The position numbers and the translations under genes are program-made. Under the pieces are notes generated by a model. That model searched no databases. It was not told the origin of the DNA and saw only the letters and a program-made list of their open reading frames with translations. DNA of 63,783 nt, filler included, from Vannella sp. (lineage: Eukaryota): assembly GCA_023345925.1 (NCBI GenBank). It is 6 parts of 6 records of this genome, joined end to end, with 100 filler letters (N's around TTAATTAATTAA, not from the genome) between each part and the next. Parts side by side here need not be neighbours in the genome. Positions count along the whole stretch, not along the records: positions 8,550 to 16,927 come from JAJQQN010001002.1; positions 17,028 to 31,877 come from JAJQQN010000982.1; 4 more parts are not named here. One strand, given 5' to 3'. Shown here piece by piece: positions 11,501 to 20,958 of the stretch. Within the stretch, counting starts at the first letter, position 1; each line of letters opens with the position of its first letter.

Positions 11501-11653
11501 CTGCTCTTGTGTTTATGCCAGTTTGATGAGAGCCGAGAAATCGCTTTGGAACAGCATTTATTGCCAGTTGTATCTTGTTGGGCCCAATACGGCAGCACAC
11601 CACAAATATGTGAGGTGGCTTCCCAGGTGTACATTCAGCTTTATACTGTCTAA
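8589..11653 (+). CDS. Tandem GRAM (PH-like) domain protein with C-terminal armadillo repeats; introns 9922-9961 and 10719-10767
   Basis: FHLPEEERV..CFM..GRLYVTQHYLCF and LPPTESF..RGHLFVTDNFVCW are GRAM-like. EAAGALTNLT and GIGALVAMC are ARM-like. Three ORFs join in frame through GT-AG introns. Confidence 0.75.
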
Positions 11654-11693
11654 TTCAGATCTAAAGATATCCAAAGAACTCTGTTTTGAAGGG

Positions 11694-13184
11694 CTACGTC
11701 AGATCTACATGGGTAAAGGACTCTTCAGGTTCCAAAGAGACCTCTTCAAAGAACTCTGAATTGTCATCAAAGGGCGGTTCTTCATGTTTGGGGGGTTCTG
11801 TTGAAGATGGCTCATTATCGTTAAGGGGTGAGCCAATAGGGACCTCGTTTTCAACTGGATCCTCCTTTGTCATTCCTCCTTCACCTTCGATAGCGTGTGC
11901 ATCCTCCATTAGAGAGACATCAACCTCTTTTGTCTCGGCAATGGGCTCTGATTCATGGCGCATTTCAGTCTCTAAATCAGTTGTGTCAGGGTCCAATTGG
12001 TTGACAGAAGATTGTTGGCGTGAGAAGTCATCTTCATGCCCTCTGTCCTCAGGCTCTTCTTGATCACAAATGACTTCTGCTTCTTGTCTTTGCCGAAGTT
12101 CCTCTTCTCTTTGTTTCTCTTCTTCTTGCAGTCGAGCAGTTTCAGTCTTTTGAGGAGGTTCTTCTGCATCTTCGGAAGCCTTTGGCTCAGAGTTCTCAAG
12201 AGAAGCATCTCCTTGAGTAGTTTGATCAACAACGTTTGAATTTGCACTGGTTGCCTCCTCGGCTCGCAGGTGCTTGGGCTTGGGATGACCCAAAGCAGTT
12301 CTCCTATTAAAATCTTCTGCCTGAGTCCTCAGAAGCTCATGCTGGGCCAAGTGACGCCCTAAACCAAGGAGAAGTGAATAAAAGTACTGCTGGTCACCCT
12401 TTCTTAAGTTAGGATCGCCAGTCTCGGCTGCTTTTGAGATGTTTCGGGATTCAAGGTCAGATGAGTCCTCTTCCGCTTCTCTCTTCTGAAGACCCAATGA
12501 AGAGTAAAAGACATGTGCTAAGAGCTCTTCCTTGCTGTTGTAGCCCATCACAACCTTCAAAGAGAGTTTCAAGTCCGGATTGGACAGGAACATGATGCTC
12601 TGGTCGCTTCCTTCATCCACCTGGAAGGAAGAACCACTAAAGTACCTGAGAATAGCCTTGTGAGTGACCACAGAGGAGTCTGGACGAAGGAAAGCCACCC
12701 AGAAGTTGCGCTGGGGATCGATGAAGGTGTTCTCATCCGCGATGGTGCTCACTGTAGTAGGTAGCTCTTCCAAGGCCATTGCCATCTGTCCATCAAGCAT
12801 GGAATGATCGGCCATTTGTGCTGACAGCTCGAGAAGGATCGACTGGAAGAACACAGAAGTGGAGGAGCCGGGATCAAGAGTGCTTCCTTCATAGTACTCT
12901 ACTCGTATACGCTTACGTCCTGCTGCCACACTCAAGATAGCAGCGCATCGGCGATTGGAGATGTCCTGTTGGAAGGTCACCGAGGAAGGACCAGTGCAGA
13001 TGGCCTGGAAGTTCTTGTTCTTCATGTACAGGATGAGGTACTTCCGTACATAGTCAAAGCTCACGTTTGTATGGATGAAGCACATCCAAACGCCCTCTTC
13101 CACGAAGAATTTGGTGGCCTGGCTGATCGCCTCGTCCTTTGAAGGCGTTGGAGCGCTCTTTAACCAAGAGAACCATCCACTCAT
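11694..13184 (-). CDS. Uncharacterised 496-aa protein with an acidic disordered tail, paralog of 6739-7686
   Basis: Intact ORF with shared motifs and the same M.GWFS start. Confidence 0.75.
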   Translation of the reverse strand: MSGWFSWLKSAPTPSKDEAISQATKFFVEEGVWMCFIHTNVSFDYVRKYLILYMKNKNFQAICTGPSSVTFQQDISNRRCAAILSVAAGRKRIRVEYYEGSTLDPGSSTSVFFQSILLELSAQMADHSMLDGQMAMALEELPTTVSTIADENTFIDPQRNFWVAFLRPDSSVVTHKAILRYFSGSSFQVDEGSDQSIMFLSNPDLKLSLKVVMGYNSKEELLAHVFYSSLGLQKREAEEDSSDLESRNISKAAETGDPNLRKGDQQYFYSLLLGLGRHLAQHELLRTQAEDFNRRTALGHPKPKHLRAEEATSANSNVVDQTTQGDASLENSEPKASEDAEEPPQKTETARLQEEEKQREEELRQRQEAEVICDQEEPEDRGHEDDFSRQQSSVNQLDPDTTDLETEMRHESEPIAETKEVDVSLMEDAHAIEGEGGMTKEDPVENEVPIGSPLNDNEPSSTEPPKHEEPPFDDNSEFFEEVSLEPEESFTHVDLT

Positions 13185-13349
13185 CGTTTCTCTCTTCTTT
13201 CCTCAGTTGTTGTCAGACCCTTTCCAGGTTCAAGCGACGCGTCGCCCCAGCAACCAAAAAAATGACCAAAATCTCTCCAAAACTCGTTTCGGACCGAATC
13301 ATAATGATTCCTATCAGAATTAAGAGTTTCACTAGTTCTTACACCCGAA

Positions 13350-13370
13350 CCCTAAACCCTAAACCCTAAA
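13350..13370. repeat. Interstitial plant-type telomeric repeat (CCCTAAA)x3
   Basis: Direct reading of CCCTAAACCCTAAACCCTAAA, preceded by a degenerate CCCGAA. Confidence 0.85.
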
Positions 13371-13506
13371 TGGGAAAGGGAAGCAGCAAAAAGCGGCAGG
13401 AATGGAGTGGTAAGATAAGAGGGTCTTGTGAGAACGAGGAAGTGGCTCTCTCAAGTAGGAGGTTGAAGGGGCGGAGACTGGTCCGTTTTGTTGTCGGATT
13501 CTGTTC

Positions 13507-14240
13507 TCAAGAAGTCATCTCCCCGAAATGCTGTGATCCGAGGAAGGTGAGAAGAGGAGGAGAGGTTGGACTACCAATGAAGCATTTCCCCAGCTGCCAA
13601 TAGTCACCCAGTACCCAGCCTTCTTGGATCTGACAAGTCAAAACTTGGTGGCCTGCCGTCTCCGAGTTGCTTTCCACTTGACAAACCATTTGAGCAACGC
13701 ATTCTCGTATAGCTATCACGTTAGACTTGATCTGGAGTGGCTTCCAACCGGGCTTGAAGACAGTAAGAACTCAATGAAGTCTCCGACGGAGCCATTTGGC
13801 CTCACCTCGCACAAGTGGAAGCTGGAAGGGAACTTCTCTGCTACAACACGAAGTTTTGAAACGCTTTCAGAGCCGTGGAAGGACCCAATGAAGAGAATAA
13901 GCTCCTCCATTCCCTTCACGGGAACATTCAATACTGTGCGAGGACTTCTTAGCCTCCTTTTCCCCCTTTGCATGAGCCAGACTCACCAAATGTTCGGTTC
14001 TTCTGCAGCTGCTTCCACGAGAAGCGCCCGTTTTGCATCGAACAGACGAACTTTCCCTTCAGCAGAACATTAACGAAGCGATACCTTATGGGGCACCATT
14101 ACCTGATTGTTCAGACATGCCAACCAAGAGATTGACATCACATTGGCAGTTGTATTCGTCTTCGTGGTGAGGAGACAAACGGGATTAGCGTACAACAGAC
14201 GGCTGAGCAAATGCTTCGGTACCGCAATCACCTCTCCCAT
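13507..14240 (-). CDS. Flavin reductase-like (DIM6/NTAB, FMN-binding split barrel) protein, multi-exon
   Basis: SRLLYANPVCLLTT..NVMSISWL, LNVPVKGMEELIL.IGS.HG, CVAQMVCQV..GHQVLTCQI. Confidence 0.75.
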
Positions 14241-14368
14241 GCCGCCCAAGAAATGGAGTTTAATTGTTGAAAAGAATGCAGCTGAATACTTGGTTAAAGA
14301 AACGAACGAGACAACCTTCTCAAGGAGCTTTTTGGCGATGAGAGAAGTCACGTGAGGGATTTTAACGG

Positions 14369-14593
14369 GAAATGGGCTTCCAATCTCCCAAGTTTCGGTA
14401 ATTGGCCTCTGATGAGGGAACGTCCTACAAAAAATGAACCCTGATTTAGAGGCACTTGCCAACGTGGGTGAATTCTCTCAACCCTCATCCCCTCTTTGCG
14501 AAGGGGAAGAGAGGGGCAGAACTCGTGTTTGCGTAGCTTGCCCTGATGACCTCCATCTCATCAGGATAAGCTTATGGACCCATTTCATTTTTT
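14369..14593 (+). ncRNA. Candidate ~220-nt four-way-junction structured RNA, family unknown
   Basis: Terminal stem 14369-14382/14575-14586 encloses three abutting hairpins (14397-14460, 14461-14529, 14535-14572) with many G-U pairs on the + strand, followed by T6 at 14588-14593. Confidence 0.65.
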
Positions 14594-14876
14594 CACTTCT
14601 TGGATGTTTGAGGACCCAAAGAGCATGGACCGGGAGTCAGATTCAATAGTATTGGCATCAAAATATGATCCTGGTTTCCAAAATCGCGCTGTTGGCTGAA
14701 CGCGCATTAACGCTGTTAAGCCTCGACAATCAAGTATACGCCTTCGATACATGAGATCTGGTACACTCGATTATTTAACTGTAGAAAGCGCTGTTTTGTG
14801 AATCTAATTTCTCCTTGATGGTGGAGCGAAGGGATACCAAATCGTTCATGTTTTTATTGATTAGCTACGATAATGT

Positions 14877-16927
14877 TTATACTTGATTTGTTGGTCCAAT
14901 GAGTTCGAGCAAGTATGCCAGTTCTTCTTTTCTGTGCTGCATGAGCCTCTGTTGGAGGAGAAAGTGATCAGCAGTCTTTGTGAGAATCATTTGACTCTCG
15001 TCCACGTCCACTCTCACCGAAAAGGCTGGATCCAACTGACAATCACCGAAATCGAAGTGAAACTGGCAGGTGCAACGCACTTGCCACTTGAGTTCGCCGA
15101 GGAATTGAGAAGAGCTATCATTGAATGGGCCGTTGATACAAAGACTCGCCTCTTGACTTCTCAAGAAATCCTGGATTTTTGGATCCTTGGAAGAAGCAAA
15201 GGGATAGATTCCATCGAACTGCCTTCCTTCCGATGCCACAATGTGCTCGAGTTTCATAATTCGGTCCTGCACTGCCAGCTTCACAATCATGCTCTTTACA
15301 GCTCCGTCACGAAGGTTCTCCAAGACCCAAATAAGCAATTTGTGCTTCTCTCTTTCATCTAGAGGAGGAATGTGTTTGTTTGACAATTCAACAAGAAGCC
15401 CGAGTTCGTTATCATTACATTTGCACATGAAATGCACAATCTGGCCTAAGGGGAGATTTGGAGTCCCAATCTCGGCACTTGCGATGTATCGGGCCATGAT
15501 TCTGGGAACACCCTCCTCTATCATCGATGGGTGCGCGGCAATTAAAGATGGAACAGGATTTTTGGCAAATATTCGTGAAGATTTCCCTCGGAGAAGATCC
15601 AAAATAAGCTCCATTTTAGAAGATGGGATGTCTCCCAGCACTCCCTCAAGAATGCTCCAAGGAAGATCCTTCAGGAGCTGGAACTGAACTCTGCAGAACC
15701 TCTTGGAAGGTGGCCCAACTCTTAGTTCTGTCACAATCTTGGACATACGGAACCTCATCGAAAGTGGAGTGTCGGGTCTGAGCAAACGAGTGATGAGATC
15801 GGATGTTCCTCCGAATCCCCAACACTTATGAATTGCAGCAGATTGAAGCCACCTCTCCTGGAGCTCCAACTCATCGTAATCGGGGATTTCCTTGGCAAAC
15901 CGGTTCAACCACAGAGGGTAATACAGGGATGCATAGATGAAGCCTTCCCTGGTCTTGGTAGAGTGTGCGTTCCAAGCAGCCAGAATGGCAGAGGCTGACC
16001 CTTGAAGCAGTCGGAAAACGATTGCAATCCTTTGTTTTCTGTCACTGTGGAATCTGGACACTTTCGAGAGTACTTTTGGATCATCTGGTCCCAACTCCAG
16101 GACCAACCTTGTCAAGACTGACAAATCATCTTTACGGCTGTAAACCACTTCTGGCAACGAGCTGGCCCTAAAGACGAAGATTGCGGTTGCCCATTCTGTA
16201 GCGAAAGTGTCGCTTTCCAACTTTTCCTCTTCTTCATTTTCGTGAAAGTTGAAGCTCGTTCCGGTCTCCACCTCGAAAGAGAATCCAAGAGGATCAAAGC
16301 AGGGCCCTTGGTCAGTCGCAAACCACTGAGAGACAGAGTTGCTGATGATCTTTCTTCCTTCCGACCAGGTTCGACCCTTGGAATCAGTGAGCCGATCGAA
16401 ATCTCCGAAGAAGACTCGGATCTTTGCACCTTCAGAAAGGTATTGGTTGCACTCATTGAGTCGCTTGATCATTGCCGCATTTTCTCTATCGAATTCTGGA
16501 CAGCCAGGACGGAGGAACATGCCCATCCAGCTAGAAGAACGAGAAGGAAGTGTAAACACTGGGTTGCTGCTCTCCCACTTCTCAAAGATCTCAGCGAGCT
16601 CTTCGGCTGGCTTGCAGCAACGATTTGGAGGTGGCTTGTCATCCACATACATCCAATCCAAGTCAAAGACCAGAAAAATGCGTTCTCCTGAGCTCAGTTC
16701 CTCGAAACGAACTTCTGATTTCGTGTAAACTAGAATAATGCCGCAGTAAAACGGGTTCTTGTCATGGTCAAAGGTTAGCACATGGTCATCTCCACCAACA
16801 CTGATGGTGATTGCCCCATCGGTAAAGTTAGAAGGCAGAAGAACGAGCAAGCGGAGAAAGGCGTCTCGTTCGGGTAACGGGAGGGTCACCTTTCTCCCTG
16901 GCATGTCGAGGATGAGTGCTTGGAGTA
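14877..16927 (-). CDS. 5'-partial protein with a degenerate 2OG-Fe(II) oxygenase-like N-terminal domain
   Basis: LLVLLPSNFTDGAITI..ILVYTKSEVRFEELSSGERIFLVFDL aligns by eye with the LvvxLPsxhxGG..HEvxpvxsGxRxvLvY pattern. Long ORF open to the gap. Confidence 0.55.
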
Positions 16928-17027
16928 NNNNNNNNNNNNNNNNNNNNNNNNNNNNNNNNNNNNNNNNNNNNTTAATTAATTAANNNNNNNNNNNNNNNNN
17001 NNNNNNNNNNNNNNNNNNNNNNNNNNN
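16928..17027. other. Artificial contig linker
   Basis: N44-TTAATTAATTAA-N44. Confidence 0.98.
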
Positions 17028-17880
17028 AAGGTGAGCAACGAATGCTACTTAATCGCTGGTCCAGGGATAATTGATGATATGATCATGGCAATCAATTAAT
17101 CCAAATATCCAACACCATGTCTGTTGCACATGCCCTGCACAGCCCCTACAACGCAAACGTTGGGTAAGGGGTTGAACAGAGCATCTGCAACTGACAGATA
17201 GTGCTCGATCTCAAGGAGAGCTCCGGGGCCTTACCGACTCTAACATGCTGTACACATGCTTGTTGCATCCTGCATGTTTGGTGAGACGGAGAGGGAGGAA
17301 CAGATGGTGACGCTGGGTAAGCTTGTTAGTTTTAGCGTAGAACGGAGGTGAGTTCATACTTAGGGAGAGTGTGGAGTTGGGATCGGATCTCCTATCGAGG
17401 TGAAAGCTTCCAGCAAAAAACACACAGTGGAAAGCGAACGAAGGCATCTATACCCAGCGGACACTGGCTGAGTACTCGCACTTCTCTGGTCAAATCTCAT
17501 TTTGCCTTGCACCACGTTTCGAATGGTGTTGGTGTAGTAGTCAGAGATCAAGCGCACGTTGATAAATAGCTCTTGCCCCACCTCCGCGGAGGGACCTGTT
17601 GCCCCATCTCGCGGTATTGTAAACTGGCCAATCACAAAAGTTCACCGAAGCTTCGATCATATTCACACTGATCTACGATCACTATGTTTCATCTAGTGTT
17701 GCGAAACTAATAGGTCCTTGCTCTCTCTCAAAAGGCGGCGAAAGGATCTTAAATAGCCGCTGAAGGGTTTGCAGACAGATTCTGACTTTCCGAGAACGTT
17801 TCGGATGTTCCGTAATAATTGGGCCATAATTGGGTTCCAAACCAAGCTTGACCGGTCAAGGTCTGAGGACCATTTTTCGG

Positions 17881-19281
17881 ATGGCCGAGCAGTGTGCTCA
17901 TTCCCTGGAAGGTGTATCAAAACGGAAAGTGGATACAAAGAGAGCATGTGATAAGTGTCGCGAGCAGAAGCGCAAGTGCGACCTGAAGAATCCGTGTTCG
18001 CGTTGTGCTACCACTCGAACAGTTTGTCTATTCAAAGGCTCCACTCGGAGTACCCACTCTGCAGGAGCATTCCCAGAAGCATCGCTTCCAACGCAGATCG
18101 ACGCGAAGACCAATCAGTTTCGAGGTTGGAACCAATACGTGACCCAAATGAACCATCTGCTACGTGTGTTCGGCCTTTCCATTGCCAACATCCACACCTG
18201 CTCATCTCCTGCCATCCTCCTTCAGTACAGCGCGGTGATGGCGACGGTGACGCGAATGCTTCACCCAGAAGGGAACTCTCACTTGTCTTTTGAGTCTCAA
18301 GCACGGCTCTTGGCAACTCAGCTGTTAACTGTGTTCAGTTGGGATAGTGCGTTCGGGTTTCTGCTCTTTTCATTCTACTACTGGGGCAGTGACGAGCAGA
18401 GGAGCCGACATTACAGGAACATCTCTTTGTCCATGGGACGCCAAATGGTTTCTGATGCTCAACTGGATGTCAGAGAGAAGCTCAAAGTGTTGCAGCTCCA
18501 ACTATACGCGGTTGGAATGCAAGGAATCGATGATATTGGCAACATTGTGGACCTTTCTGTTTCCCTCGAATCCATGAGAACTCTAATCTTAATGGATGCT
18601 GCTGTTCCTGGAGCTTCTGAATGTATCTCTACAACAACCATGATAGACTGGCTCCGATTCAGAGCGAATATAGCAGGCAGCCTCCGTCCACTCAAGAACA
18701 GTGAAAGCGAAAGCGTTTATCTTGCCATCACCGACCCCTTTCCAGAGGACTCCGAGTACTTCAAGGCACTGAGAAAGTCAGGCCTCACAGTTATGAACTC
18801 CCTGTCGCCAATACTTGAGAATAGTCCGCCTCTCTTCTGCAATCTCCTCACAGGAATCCTCTACTTCGCAACAGGTAGCCTCGAAGAAGCACATCATTCC
18901 TTCAAGCAAGCCGCTGACATCTCTCTATCAGACACCCACTCGATTGGTGGTCCGCACTTGCTTGGGCTCGTCCAAGTCACATTCCGAATCGTCCTAAGCT
19001 GGGGACAGTTGAACCTGGCAGACCGAATTCTCCAACTGCAAAGCTGTCTTTCACAGACTTTCCCCTTAGCATACTCTCTCCTTCTTCAAAATCAAGCCCT
19101 CCTCTCAAAAGCAGAAGGATTGCTGCGTGGCCCAGTTTCTCGCCCAGAAACACTTCTTTCTGATGTCATTCCTCCCTCTCGAATCGATTCGAGACACTTT
19201 CATGCTCCTAGTCCACTTCTACCTCCTTTCCCGGCGTCACCGTGGAAGCTACCCTCGGTAGACACTCTCTTGAAGCAATGA
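17881..19281 (+). CDS. Zn(II)2Cys6 (Gal4-type) transcription factor
   Basis: ACDKCREQKRKCDLKNPCSRCATTRTVC has CX2CX6CX5CX2CX6C spacing, followed by a helical region and a Pro-rich tail. Confidence 0.9.
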   Translation: MAEQCAHSLEGVSKRKVDTKRACDKCREQKRKCDLKNPCSRCATTRTVCLFKGSTRSTHSAGAFPEASLPTQIDAKTNQFRGWNQYVTQMNHLLRVFGLSIANIHTCSSPAILLQYSAVMATVTRMLHPEGNSHLSFESQARLLATQLLTVFSWDSAFGFLLFSFYYWGSDEQRSRHYRNISLSMGRQMVSDAQLDVREKLKVLQLQLYAVGMQGIDDIGNIVDLSVSLESMRTLILMDAAVPGASECISTTTMIDWLRFRANIAGSLRPLKNSESESVYLAITDPFPEDSEYFKALRKSGLTVMNSLSPILENSPPLFCNLLTGILYFATGSLEEAHHSFKQAADISLSDTHSIGGPHLLGLVQVTFRIVLSWGQLNLADRILQLQSCLSQTFPLAYSLLLQNQALLSKAEGLLRGPVSRPETLLSDVIPPSRIDSRHFHAPSPLLPPFPASPWKLPSVDTLLKQ

Positions 19282-19537
19282 CTTGCTCGAGACTTGATTC
19301 GTCAGCGAGAGTGTTCAAGAAGTGCTGTTATAGCTCGCGCTCCTTCATCCGCATCCACCTCTCATGGCATCAGTACAGAAGAAAGGAGAAGCACCCATCA
19401 CGGAAAGGGATTCCTGCCTCCTCAACGAACCATCAATGAAAAAGGAAGCTGATAATCGACCCCCAGTGGGCGGAATGGAAATTTTATAATATTTTGAGTT
19501 TTCACTTTTTGGTCTATTTTCACTCCCCGTCGATCCG

Positions 19538-20851
19538 ATGGCTCAACCGCTGCAAGACCGCTTTCTTGCTCTCAGTGGCGAAGTGGACAAGCATAAGATA
19601 GCTCCTGTGGCTGGTCAAAGAAGTAGAATGCTAGTGCAGCGAGGGGAGGTGTTGCGACAGCTCGACCTCCCACTTTTAGCGTATTATGATCTTGTTGACT
19701 CGCAGAGGTACCGCTCCACGCCTGATCAAAGCACCAACTTCCTGATACAAGTAGCACAGTGCCAGCTTGCACTTCATCGCAAAGCGCTGAGTTGCACGAC
19801 TCTGGGAGGGGCGATGCGAACCGCCTCTCCGATGGACCGGGTGAAGATAGTGAAGCTTCTACAGACCGCCAATGCAGCTCCAGAGGGGACGAGAGGTCCT
19901 ACTTCGTTTACATTCCATGATGAACGCTTCCCTTGGGACCACAACGCGAGTTCGGACAGTCTGAGCGGTCCAGAAGGGATGGCACGTGCCAGAGACCATG
20001 CCCGGGTCGCTTCTCAGGGCAAGTTAAGTCTCAAAGTGTTTCCTGCATCTGGTAGAGGCTTGGTAGCTACCCGAGCGATCAAGAAAGGCGAGATCCTCAT
20101 GGACGACAAGTCATCAACCCTCTCAGTGACCTGGCCCTTCGTTGAACCGAGTGTTTGCCACCACTGCAACACTCCATTAGAAGGTCTTCGTTCTACTGTA
20201 ACATGTGAGAGCTGCCCGTGCTGCTTTTGCAGCAAGAACTGCCAAGAGATCGCTGCAAGTTCTTATCACAGCCTCCTTTGCGGGATCTCCTTCCACCCCT
20301 TCCTTACAGCCACTATGGATCAACAAGAGGGCCCTTCTATGCTTTGGGTACTCAGCGCCCTCAAAGTCTTTGCAGAAGCCAAGAGCAAAGGGATTGCGCC
20401 TCTCGATGTACCAAGTCTGTCCTTCCTGGGAGTGTCCCCTCGCTCTGAGACAGAAGACGGATGTGAAGAAAGTGTAATTCCACTCTTCCAAGCCATCATG
20501 CTCATGCTGGGACTCCAAGATACTCCCGGATTCGAGTTTTGGCACTTCTTAGCCATCGCTCAGCGGTCAAAGTCGAATGGCTTCGGCACTGTCAGCGGGA
20601 AGCTTCTGAAACGGAGCATCTTTGGAGCGGTTTCCTATGCCAATCATGATTGTCAACCCAACGCTCGCGCTACTCCTTCTGGACAGTTGGTTGCTTCCCG
20701 GCTCATTGGCAAAGACCAGCAAGTGGTCATTTCCTACTTGGGAGAAGAAGAACTGTTTCGTCACATCCTCCTTGAGAAGTATGGAATAAGCTGCTCCTGC
20801 GACCGATGTGGAACAGCCAAAGTACGGTTCGATGCATACATGGCCGAGTGA
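19538..20851 (+). CDS. SMYD-type SET/MYND lysine methyltransferase with an N-terminal TPR-like region
   Basis: GRGLVATRAIKKGEIL, MYND (CHHC..CESC..FCSKNCQ..H..C), NHDCQPN, ISY, post-SET CSCDRC. Confidence 0.88.
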   Translation: MAQPLQDRFLALSGEVDKHKIAPVAGQRSRMLVQRGEVLRQLDLPLLAYYDLVDSQRYRSTPDQSTNFLIQVAQCQLALHRKALSCTTLGGAMRTASPMDRVKIVKLLQTANAAPEGTRGPTSFTFHDERFPWDHNASSDSLSGPEGMARARDHARVASQGKLSLKVFPASGRGLVATRAIKKGEILMDDKSSTLSVTWPFVEPSVCHHCNTPLEGLRSTVTCESCPCCFCSKNCQEIAASSYHSLLCGISFHPFLTATMDQQEGPSMLWVLSALKVFAEAKSKGIAPLDVPSLSFLGVSPRSETEDGCEESVIPLFQAIMLMLGLQDTPGFEFWHFLAIAQRSKSNGFGTVSGKLLKRSIFGAVSYANHDCQPNARATPSGQLVASRLIGKDQQVVISYLGEEELFRHILLEKYGISCSCDRCGTAKVRFDAYMAE

Positions 20852-20958
20852 GATCGATGTCATGCGCTCTCATTTCCTTCCGTCAGGGATGAAAATTCAA
20901 TGTATCAAATAGGAAACTGGATGTACACAGCGCTGGGGTATGATTGGGACTAATGCTG

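Noticed and set aside
14409..14549. Two CTGATGA motifs suggesting a hammerhead ribozyme
   Set aside because: Neither is followed by stem II plus GAAA, and both lie within helices.
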